64,000 nt of DNA from positions 61,793 through 125,792 of the forward strand of contig WWDU01000026.1 in NCBI GenBank assembly GCA_035175045.1, given 5' to 3'. Source of the stretch: Candidatus Calypsonella navitae (lineage in GTDB: Archaea; Thermoproteota; Thermoprotei_A; Sulfolobales; Acidilobaceae). The position numbers and the translations under genes were made by a program. Each line of letters begins with the position of its first letter. Position 1 is the stretch's first letter. Positions 56,987 through 64,000 of this stretch are shown here, piece after piece. The notes under the pieces are model-generated. The model saw nothing but the letters and a program-made list of their open reading frames with translations. It was not told where the DNA came from and searched no databases.

Positions 56987-58006
56987 CTAGCCTCGGCTAC
57001 CTATACTATCGCTCCGCGGAGCGTATAAGCCTCTCTCCGCGAGGTAGTTGTAGGCCGAGTACGCGGCCACTGCACCCATAGCGGCCGCCGTTACTATCTG
57101 TCTAAAGCCTATCCACACGTCGGTGCAGTCGCCAGCCGCGAAGACCCCGGGTATGTTAGTCCTCATCCAGTGGTCGACCTTGATGTAGCCTCTCTCGTCG
57201 ACCTCTAGGCCGAGGCTCTTGAACCACTCGGCCGGGGGTTCGAAGCCTATCTCTATGAAGACCCCGTCCACCTTGATCTCGCGCTTCGCGCCCGTAACCT
57301 TGTTTCTCACTACCACGCTTGTCACGTGGGTGCCATCACCCTTTATCTCGTCCACTACGCTGTCCAGAACAAACTCGATGTTGTCCTTGCTCCTAGCCGC
57401 CTCGACGTACCAGGGCTTCGCCCTGAACTGCCTCCTTCTATGAACGAGGTAGACCCTCTTCACGTAGCCCGAGAGCACGAGGGCGCCCTCGAAGGCGGAG
57501 TCGCCGCCTCCCACTACCACAACACTATCCTTACCATCGAAGAACGGAGCATCGCAGACGCTGCAATAGCTTACCCCGCGGCCCGTATACTCCCTCTCCC
57601 CAGGGACCCCGAGCTTCCTCCTCCTCGAGCCCACGGCCATTATTATGGTCTTAGCGTATACCTCGAGGGAAGGCCTCCCAGTGATCCTGAACCATACATC
57701 GTCGACTCTCTCGAACTTCTCGACGTGCACCCTCTCGTATATAGGGACCCCGAAGTACCGCTCTGCGTGCCCCCTAAAGCTCGCTATCAGCTTCGAGGCC
57801 CTGACCTTCCCCATCCCAGGATAGTCATCCACGTAGTCCGTGTCGTTGAGCTGTCCACCCACGTTCTCCGTGAACACGCCGGTCTTAAGGAGGAACCTGA
57901 CAGCGTAGATCGCAGCTGATAGACCCGCGGGCCCACCGCCTATTATCGCTACGTCGAAGCGCTCGCCCCTCCTCGGCCTCCTCAAGCGCCCTAATCTAAG
58001 CGCCAC
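56987..58006 (-). CDS. trxB: Thioredoxin reductase-like FAD-dependent pyridine nucleotide-disulfide oxidoreductase
   Basis: VAIIGGGPAGLSAAIYA, redox-active CSVCDAPF, a second dinucleotide fold VVVGGGDSAFE and GVFAAGDC. Confidence 0.85.
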   Translation of the reverse strand: MALRLGRLRRPRRGERFDVAIIGGGPAGLSAAIYAVRFLLKTGVFTENVGGQLNDTDYVDDYPGMGKVRASKLIASFRGHAERYFGVPIYERVHVEKFERVDDVWFRITGRPSLEVYAKTIIMAVGSRRRKLGVPGEREYTGRGVSYCSVCDAPFFDGKDSVVVVGGGDSAFEGALVLSGYVKRVYLVHRRRQFRAKPWYVEAARSKDNIEFVLDSVVDEIKGDGTHVTSVVVRNKVTGAKREIKVDGVFIEIGFEPPAEWFKSLGLEVDERGYIKVDHWMRTNIPGVFAAGDCTDVWIGFRQIVTAAAMGAVAAYSAYNYLAERGLYAPRSDSIGSRG

Positions 58007-58031
58007 AGAGGACCCCTAGACCAAGCTCTCA

Positions 58032-58104
58032 GGGGGTCAGAACTTAAAGGCGTCACCATAGGGCCCTCCCCGGGCCTCGGCGAGTACAGCCCTCCTCATC
58101 CCCT
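58032..58104 (-). ncRNA. Candidate box C/D sRNA (candidate B); D guide complementary to the conserved 16S rRNA AACUUAAAGG segment
   Basis: Minus strand: GGGG-AUGAGGA(C)-12 nt-CCGA(D')-GGCCCggggaGGGCC hairpin-AUGGUGA(C')-12 nt CGCCUUUAAGUU-CUGA(D)-CCCCC. All elements were read directly. Lies in the 123-nt gap between the 58130 ORF and trxB. Confidence 0.65.
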
Positions 58105-58129
58105 CTAGCCCGTGGGTGCGGGCTGGCTA

Positions 58130-58444
58130 CTACTCGCTTTCTCCGCGCCCCCGGAGAGTGCACCTACGCTTCCGGCCAGCCATGTAGGCATCCACTAGCC
58201 GCTCCAGGAAGACGCTGGGCTCCACGGATTTGACCGTTATCTCCCCATCACTCTTCTCAAGTGAGAGCGCGCCTATCCTCGAGAGCCTCTTAATGATCCT
58301 CCTAGCCGTCCTCTTCGTGACACAGAGGTCGACGCGCAGGATATCAATCGCCTCGCCGAGGCTCAGCTCCCCACCCCTCCTCGCGAGGGCGACTAGCGCG
58401 GCCCACTCCCTCTTACGGGGAAACCTCGGCATCCCACAACGCAC
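58130..58444 (-). CDS. Hypothetical small basic protein, possible winged-helix DNA-binding protein
   Basis: 104 aa. LSLGEAIDILRVDLCVTKRTARRIIKRLSRIGAL looks wHTH-like. The start is the GTG at 58444 or the ATG at 58432, with a TTTAGATA box ~35 nt upstream. Confidence 0.4.
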   Translation of the reverse strand: MRCGMPRFPRKREWAALVALARRGGELSLGEAIDILRVDLCVTKRTARRIIKRLSRIGALSLEKSDGEITVKSVEPSVFLERLVDAYMAGRKRRCTLRGRGESE

Positions 58445-58624
58445 CCGGAGGGGCTCCCTGGAGGCCCCTCCCCAAGTATCTAAAGGCCAGCTGCGCCAGG
58501 CTATACTCGCTGGCCCTAGCCTGGAGATGCAAGCCCTTAACCATAGACGAGCCTGGTTGTTGTGGGGCTGTGAGCATAGCTACCCTATGCCGAGGGCCTC
58601 GGGGGCCTCGTGAGGAGCACCGAC

Positions 58625-59209
58625 CTAAGGCGAGCCCCCTCTACGGCATCGGGGGAGTAGCGCGGCCATGAAGCGTAGCCTCTCCTCCAGGGGACCCCCC
58701 AGTGCGTGCACCACGTAGCGGTCCCCGAGCCAGCCCAGGAGGGGGCGGCCAGCGAGCTCAGCCTTCACAGCCTCGCGCGTGAGGGGCTCGGGCGCTAGTA
58801 GGGCTTCGGATTCTACCCCATTCACTATGAGCGCGGCGGGGTCCCTGTAGTCTATCGCAATAGCCACCCCCACAGCCTTGACGGGTTGCCCCTCAGGCGT
58901 TGCCACGCTGCTCAACCCGCTTGCAATACAGCCGTCAACCCACTCCCTCCGCTTGAGCCTATACGCCCTCAGGGAGGGCCAGCCTGGAGGCTCCTCGAAT
59001 ATGAGGGATCCCACACCTACACTCATAAGCCGCGGCCCCATGGGCCCCTCTACGACCACTATCGAGGGCGCCACCACAAGAACCGCCGAGGACTCAACAG
59101 CCTCCTTCGCTAGGGCCTCCAGCTCCGTGCCTCGAAGCTTTAGGATATCGGAGACCTCGTAGACCAGCGAGCCCGGGCCCACGGCAGGCATACAGAGAAC
59201 CCCCGGCAA
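58625..59209 (-). CDS. Hypothetical protein
   Basis: 194-aa ORF with protein-like composition and no recognised motif. The start is the TTG at 59209 or the ATG at 59191. Confidence 0.4.
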   Translation of the reverse strand: MPGVLCMPAVGPGSLVYEVSDILKLRGTELEALAKEAVESSAVLVVAPSIVVVEGPMGPRLMSVGVGSLIFEEPPGWPSLRAYRLKRREWVDGCIASGLSSVATPEGQPVKAVGVAIAIDYRDPAALIVNGVESEALLAPEPLTREAVKAELAGRPLLGWLGDRYVVHALGGPLEERLRFMAALLPRCRRGGSP

Positions 59210-59261
59210 GAGGCGGCGACTCTCGAGGCCTCAAAACGCTAGTGGCATTCAGCGCTCTACC

Positions 59262-59344
59262 GGGGGATGAGGAGCCGTGTAAGGTATGACGCCCCTCCCC
59301 GGCGGGGAGGGGGCGGCTGAAGAGTAACCAGGCGCCTGACCCCC
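59262..59344 (+). ncRNA. Candidate box C/D sRNA (candidate C) with a 9-bp GC hairpin between D' and C'
   Basis: GGGGG-AUGAGGA(C, 59267-73)-12 nt-AUGA(D')-hairpin CCCCUCCCC/GGGGAGGGG (59292-59312)-CUGAAGA(C', 59317-23)-12 nt-CUGA(D, 59336-39)-CCCCC. The internal boxes are weaker than in A and B. Confidence 0.5.
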
Positions 59345-59437
59345 ATATACGCGGCCGCCTGGGCTGGTGTAGAGTGTGGAATCAATTCCAGTATTTAACC
59401 CGGAAATGAGTGCCACCTCACTAGCGAGGTGCAGCCC

Positions 59438-60574
59438 TTGAAGCTCTTTGAGTTCGAGGCCAAGGAGATACTGAAGAAGTACGGCGTCGAGGTGCCCCCA
59501 AGTGTGCTGATAAAGAAAGGCGAGGACCCGCTTGCCAAGATTAAGGAGGCAGGGCTGGAGCCGCCAGTCGTTGTGAAGAGCCAAGTACTCGTTGCTGGCA
59601 GGGGCAAGGCCGGGGGCGTGAAGCTTGCTAAGACCCTCGAGGAGGCTGTAGAACTCGTAAACAAGCTCTTCGAGACGCCTATTAAGGGCCTGAAGCCCTC
59701 CTATATACTAGTTGAGAAGGCTATCGAGCACGAGGCCGAGCTCTACACCGCCATAATCATTGACAGGAGTGAGAGGAAGCCCGTGGTCCTGGCCTCCAAG
59801 TATGGGGGCATGGATATAGAGGAGATAGCCAGGGAGAAGCCGGAGAGCATCATCAGGCTCCACATCGACCCCGACGTGGGGCTAAGGGGCTATCACGCCA
59901 GGATAATAGGTAAGAAGATAGGCCTAAGCGGTAAGGCCCTATCCTCATACTCGAAGTTCCTCATGGCCCTATACAGGGCATTCATGGACTATGACGCCGA
60001 CCTCGCTGAGAGCAACCCGCTGGCCCTCGTAGGCGACAAGGTCATACCGCTCGACGCCAGGATAATCGTAGATGACAACGCCCTCTACAAGCACCCAGAG
60101 CTTGGCGAGAGGAAGCTTGAAGAGACGGGCGAGTACACGGAGTGGGAAATCAAGGCCAGGAAAATGGGCCTCGCATTCGTCGAACTCGACGGTGACGTCG
60201 GCATAATAGGCAACGGCGCCGGGCTAACGATGACAACGATGGACCTCGTATACGAGTACGGCGGTAAGCCCGCTAACTTCCTCGACATCGGGGGCGGCGC
60301 AAGCGCTGAGCTAGTGAAGACCGCCGTCGGCTTCCTCTTCGAGTTCCCGAAGGCCAAGAAGATATTCATGAACATATTCGGCGGCATAACTAGGTGCGAC
60401 GAGGTGGCCAGGGGAGTCATAAAGGCTATCGAGGAGCTGGGCGGCATGAAGAAGCCCCTTGTCATCAGGCTCTCGGGCACGAATGAAGAGGAGGGCAGGA
60501 GGATCCTCCGCGAGGCCGGCATAGAGGCCTTCACGGACCCCATCGAGGCCGTGAAGAAGGTTGTGAGCCTCTAG
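59438..60574 (+). CDS. sucC: Succinyl-CoA synthetase (ADP-forming) beta subunit
   Basis: MKLFEFEAKEILKKYGV is the canonical ATP-grasp N-terminus when starting at the TTG at 59438 (GAGGTG Shine-Dalgarno-like sequence just upstream). The ORF track starts at the GTG at 59429. GNGAGLTM motif present. Confidence 0.9.
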   Translation: MKLFEFEAKEILKKYGVEVPPSVLIKKGEDPLAKIKEAGLEPPVVVKSQVLVAGRGKAGGVKLAKTLEEAVELVNKLFETPIKGLKPSYILVEKAIEHEAELYTAIIIDRSERKPVVLASKYGGMDIEEIAREKPESIIRLHIDPDVGLRGYHARIIGKKIGLSGKALSSYSKFLMALYRAFMDYDADLAESNPLALVGDKVIPLDARIIVDDNALYKHPELGERKLEETGEYTEWEIKARKMGLAFVELDGDVGIIGNGAGLTMTTMDLVYEYGGKPANFLDIGGGASAELVKTAVGFLFEFPKAKKIFMNIFGGITRCDEVARGVIKAIEELGGMKKPLVIRLSGTNEEEGRRILREAGIEAFTDPIEAVKKVVSL

Positions 60575-60587
60575 GGGGTGAGTCGGG

Positions 60588-61469
60588 ATGGTAGTATTGG
60601 TTGATGAGAACACGAGGGTTATTGTCCAGGGTATAACCGGTCGTGAGGGCAGCTTCCACACGAAGCTAATGCTCGAGTATGGCACTAAGATTGTTGCCGG
60701 AGTAACGCCGGGTAAGGGCGGCGCCGTAGTCCACGGCGTACCGGTATATGATACCATGGAAGAAGCCGTAGCCGAGCACCCCGAGGCTAATACTAGCATA
60801 GTCTTCGTTCCAGCCAGGTTCGCCGCCGACGCCGTCTACGAGGCCATCGACGCCGGCATGAAGGTCGTCGTAGTCATAACGGAGCACATACCTGTACATG
60901 AGACCCTGGAGTTCGTGAACTACGCCAAGAGGAAGGGCACAGTAATCATAGGCCCCAACTGCCCCGGCATAATATCGCCTGGCAAGACGAAGATAGGCAT
61001 AATGCCCGGTCACGTCTTCACGCCGGGCCCCGTGGGGATAGTCTCGAGGAGCGGAACCCTCACCTACGAGATAGCCTATGCTCTGACGAGGGCGGGTCTA
61101 GGCCAGACAACGGCGATAGGTATAGGAGGCGACCCAGTGGTGGGCCTAACCTTCACTGAGGCCATGGAGCTCTTCGAGAAGGACCCAGACACGAAGGCCC
61201 TGGTGCTGATAGGCGAGATCGGCGGCGACATGGAGGAGAGGGCTGCGATGATGGTGAAGGAGGGCCGCTTCACGAAGCCCGTCGTAGCCTTCGTAGCCGG
61301 CAGAACCGCCCCGCCGGGCAAGAGGATGGGCCACGCTGGCGCGATAATAATGATGGGCACGGGCACCTACGAGGGTAAGGTGAAGGCGCTGGAGGAGGCC
61401 GGCATAAGGGTTGCGAGGACGCCCATGGATATACCAAAGCTGGTGAAAGAGGCCCTCGGGGAGAAATAA
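60588..61469 (+). CDS. sucD: Succinyl-CoA synthetase alpha subunit
   Basis: [23 protein letters not shown] and MGHAGAI (phosphohistidine) motifs. Confidence 0.95.
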   Translation: MVVLVDENTRVIVQGITGREGSFHTKLMLEYGTKIVAGVTPGKGGAVVHGVPVYDTMEEAVAEHPEANTSIVFVPARFAADAVYEAIDAGMKVVVVITEHIPVHETLEFVNYAKRKGTVIIGPNCPGIISPGKTKIGIMPGHVFTPGPVGIVSRSGTLTYEIAYALTRAGLGQTTAIGIGGDPVVGLTFTEAMELFEKDPDTKALVLIGEIGGDMEERAAMMVKEGRFTKPVVAFVAGRTAPPGKRMGHAGAIIMMGTGTYEGKVKALEEAGIRVARTPMDIPKLVKEALGEK

Positions 61470-61501
61470 ATTACTTTCTAAATAAATTTTTATTCTACTC
61501 T
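61470..61501. terminator. AT-rich convergent intergenic spacer with oligo-T tracts on both strands (putative bidirectional archaeal terminator)
   Basis: ATTACTTTCTAAATAAATTTTTATTCTACTCT lies between the sucD stop (61467-69) and the fbp stop (61502-04). T5 on the plus strand and TTTATTT on the minus strand. The spacer is strikingly AT-rich in a GC-rich context. Confidence 0.5.
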
Positions 61502-62671
61502 TCAGTCGTGCTCGGTCCCCGATAGTTCTTCGCTCTTCCTTATGACGGGCTTGTAGCCTAGCTCGGCCTTGACGAAGCGGTCCTTGAGCCTCTCTAGCAC
61601 CTGCGGGAGCGTGGTGTACTCCATCTCCTCGGGGCCTAGGCGGTGCGGCATGAAGGGGCCGTGGCGCCTCATGTAGTCCGCTATGAACTGGGCCAGCCTC
61701 CTCGCCTCGTCGAACGCTGGGTCGTCGAAGAGGTCCGCCGGACCTATTAGATTACCGTTGTGCACCTGGAAGCCTAGAGCCACTATCCTCGGGGGGCCAT
61801 CGAAGCGCGTGCACTTGGCGTCCTTCAGGCCAACCGGCATCAGGGGGCCGTGGTGGCTGCCCCTCATCCAGCCCGCCACGAGGTGGGGGAAGCTGAAGGG
61901 CTCCAGCACCTCGCCGACCGCGGGGAACCCGCTCTGCGCCCTCACGATGGCCACTGGGTCGTCCTTGCCGACGTACTTGCCTGCTATCAGGTTCAGCCTC
62001 TCACTGCTAACCACGGCGGCGATCTCGTTATCCTTCTTCCTGTAGACTCTTTTGATGACGTACCTCCCAGGCGTGCCTATCAGGGCTAGGAGGTCATAGA
62101 GTTCCTCGGGGGCGGCTAGTCTCACCATCTTGCCCTCGAATACATCTAGTACCTCGAACACGAAGCCGTCATGCATACGCGGATCTATCACCAGTCCAGC
62201 AGTGTTGAAGGGGTCGGCGAATATCTTGTAGAGGGGTAGGTTGAAGGCCCCCGGCTCCGTCTTATCGGCCATGAAGACCACTATCGGCTCGGCAGGCCTC
62301 TCGACGAACTCCATCTCAGCCACGCCGGGCCCGAGCCCCCTCACGTTACCACTGAAGGCGTCGCTGAGTAGGTCCTGGCCAGCGGCGTAGAGGCCCAGCT
62401 CCTTGGCGACCTTCGTCGCCTCCTTGAATGCCTCCCAGGCAAGGCCGTGTATGTCGGGGCTGTCGACGCCCTTGTAGTGAGTCATTATCAACTGGAGGTC
62501 ATCGCCGACGTGTGTCACGTAGAAGTCCTTGATGACGCCCTTCTTCTTAGCCTCAGCTAGGACCCTCGAGGCCGCCAGTATCGTGTCTGGGTGAACCTTG
62601 TGGTGGCCAGCCAGGCTCCCGATGTCAGCCTTTATGACGCTAACCGTAACCTTCTTCCTCTCCTCTGACAA
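61502..62671 (-). CDS. fbp: Fructose-1,6-bisphosphate aldolase/phosphatase (class V FBPase)
   Basis: KVTVSVIKADIGSLAGHH signature. Trimmed to the TTG at 62671 (389 aa), preceded by GGAGGTGGTGA and by an ATTATAAG box at 62722-62729. GTGs at 62680/62683 are also possible. The ORF track extends to 62854. Confidence 0.9.
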   Translation of the reverse strand: MSEERKKVTVSVIKADIGSLAGHHKVHPDTILAASRVLAEAKKKGVIKDFYVTHVGDDLQLIMTHYKGVDSPDIHGLAWEAFKEATKVAKELGLYAAGQDLLSDAFSGNVRGLGPGVAEMEFVERPAEPIVVFMADKTEPGAFNLPLYKIFADPFNTAGLVIDPRMHDGFVFEVLDVFEGKMVRLAAPEELYDLLALIGTPGRYVIKRVYRKKDNEIAAVVSSERLNLIAGKYVGKDDPVAIVRAQSGFPAVGEVLEPFSFPHLVAGWMRGSHHGPLMPVGLKDAKCTRFDGPPRIVALGFQVHNGNLIGPADLFDDPAFDEARRLAQFIADYMRRHGPFMPHRLGPEEMEYTTLPQVLERLKDRFVKAELGYKPVIRKSEELSGTEHD

Positions 62672-62721
62672 GGGGGTCACCACCTCCGCTGTGCTCCCGG
62701 TGTGGTTGACGCTCACGCACT

Positions 62722-62729
62722 TATAATCA
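62722..62729 (-). promoter_or_regulatory. TATA-like box (ATTATAAG on minus strand) upstream of fbp
   Basis: Lies ~50 nt upstream of the proposed TTG start and downstream of the ORF-track ATG at 62854, which argues against the long N-terminal extension. Confidence 0.4.
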
Positions 62730-62883
62730 TTGTTCCAGGGGAGAGCTGAAATAAGCCCGCTAGGGGGATCAACGCGTATGGTGGGCCGCTGACGCCCCCC
62801 GGGCGCGGGGGAGTGTGAGGCTGGCCCCTCCCGGCCTTCACTAAAGAACCCCACTGCTCCTACCGGGTGGGGGCGGTGCAGCC

Positions 62884-63990
62884 TTGAGTGGGAGCGGCTT
62901 CTCCGTTAGGATGATCACACTCCACGCTGGCCGCGTGAAGTGGTGGGAGAGGCTAGAGGAGGTCGAGGACGCGGCGTACGCGCTACTAGAAGCCGTGGAC
63001 ACGGCCGCGGGGGAGGGGTACCCTAGACCCGACTCTGTCAGGCTCACCTTACCGCCCGCCCCCAGTCTTGGAGTTACCGCTGACCTAGCGGATGAACTCG
63101 GAGAGAGCGCTGAGCAGGCCGGTGTGCTGGTTAATGCCGGCTACTACCCCAGCTCGATGGGTGATCTGGAGTCCCTTGTGAGGAGTACGGTCGTTGAGGG
63201 CGTCTACATCAGCCTTATCCTAGATAAGGCGTCCTGGGGGCAGGCCAACCGTATAGCCAGGGCGGCCAACCTCGTGGCCGAGGAGGACCCGGTCGCCGCC
63301 ACTCGCTTTGGGGTTAACACGCTTGGCACGCCGGTCGAGACTCCCTTCTTCCCGCTGAGCGCCTCCACGGGGCGATCCCTGGTTAGTGTGGGCTTCACGT
63401 ACCCCAGCTACCTCTTGTCGGCGTATCTAGAGGGGGGCCTCCCGGCTGTGGAGGATGCCATAGCCCGGGCGGGCTCCCTAGGCGAGGGACTCGCTGAGCG
63501 GGTAGCGAGCCTCGTCGGCGCCGAAGCCTGGGGTGTGGACCTGAGCATAGCCCCCTGGATGGCCGACTCTAGCTTAGCGTTGGTCGAGGCCATCTCCGGC
63601 ACAAGGCTGCCCGAGCCCGGCGTAGCGCTTGGGATATCACTTGCGAACAAGGCCATAGCCAGGGCCTCCGAGAGGTTGAGTAGGACGCTTGGCTTCAACG
63701 AGGTTCAGCTGCCCGTGGCTGAGGACGCTAAGCTAAAGGCCAGGGTAAGCGAGGGCGACACTAGAGCCAGGGATCTCGCCAGGCTCGCGGGAGCATGCCT
63801 GGCCGGGCTCGACATGGTTGTCGTACCATACGATGAGCAGGGAGTCGCTGGCCTTATCTTGGAGGTGGCCTCCTATGCCCTAACTAAGGGCAGGCCACTC
63901 GGGGTCAGGGTCATACCGCTAGAGGGCGTCGAGGCCGGCGATAAGGTCTCTCTAGGCAGGTTCGGGGAAACGCCCGTCATCGACATCTAG
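62884..63990 (+). CDS. DUF711 / UPF0210-family protein (short archaeal form)
   Basis: IRMITLH near the N-terminus and QLPVAEDAKL...CLAGLDMVVVP resemble the UPF0210 hallmarks (IRTIT..., PVSED..., CSVGLDMIAIP) as I recall them. Confidence 0.55.
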   Translation: MSGSGFSVRMITLHAGRVKWWERLEEVEDAAYALLEAVDTAAGEGYPRPDSVRLTLPPAPSLGVTADLADELGESAEQAGVLVNAGYYPSSMGDLESLVRSTVVEGVYISLILDKASWGQANRIARAANLVAEEDPVAATRFGVNTLGTPVETPFFPLSASTGRSLVSVGFTYPSYLLSAYLEGGLPAVEDAIARAGSLGEGLAERVASLVGAEAWGVDLSIAPWMADSSLALVEAISGTRLPEPGVALGISLANKAIARASERLSRTLGFNEVQLPVAEDAKLKARVSEGDTRARDLARLAGACLAGLDMVVVPYDEQGVAGLILEVASYALTKGRPLGVRVIPLEGVEAGDKVSLGRFGETPVIDI

Positions 63991-64000
63991 GGCATGGGGG

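Noticed and set aside
62672-62854. 61-aa N-terminal extension of the fbp ORF
   Set aside because: The extension contains the TATA-like box and Shine-Dalgarno-like sequence of the shorter gene. The conserved FBP aldolase/phosphatase N-terminus (KVTVSVIKADIGS) starts about 10 aa after the TTG at 62671.

Overview
GC-rich, very gene-dense archaeal chromosome segment. Three things point to a hyperthermophilic crenarchaeon (Desulfurococcales, Aeropyrum/Pyrodictiaceae-like). First, gene content and order: the rpoH-rpoB-rpoA1-rpoA2-L30e-NusA-S12 / S7-EF1alpha-S10 cluster, plus TFB, TBP, L13e, NAC, ABCE1, archaeal GAPDH/PGK, FBP aldolase/phosphatase and the HMG-CoA synthase/thiolase/DUF35 trio. Second, intron-containing tRNAs with non-canonical intron positions. 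Third, frequent GTG/TTG starts with short leaders. The species was not identified, and no database search or computation was possible. All family names come from motif recognition by eye. I support about 70 protein genes and 7 tRNA genes: Thr-CGU, Asn-GUU, Pro-CGG, Ser-GGA, Lys-UUU, Trp-CCA and Leu-GAG. Four tRNAs have introns and all seven encode CCA. I also support three box C/D sRNA candidates that the ORF track does not explain, several TATA-like promoters and one AT-rich convergent terminator. No rRNA, CRISPR array, transposase/integrase or mobile element was seen, so this is core housekeeping DNA, not an accessory island. Most worth a second look: (1) three unannotated box C/D sRNA candidates sharing a C-12nt-D'-GC hairpin-C'-12nt-D layout, one with a 10-nt match to the universally conserved 16S AACUUAAAGG segment; (2) a 663-aa zinc-ribbon + GNAT acetyltransferase + single ABC ATPase fusion with no transporter partner; (3) a protein-only RNase P homolog (HARP/UPF0278 PIN protein) 40 nt upstream of two tRNA genes; (4) a five-gene, translationally coupled early mevalonate operon ending in a Nudix hydrolase; (5) ribosomal protein S7, whose conserved N-terminal segment lies in frame upstream of the only canonical start codon. 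Many ORF-track N-termini are over-extended, and I trimmed them where motifs, tRNAs or TATA boxes argue for it. Start coordinates are the least certain part of this annotation.
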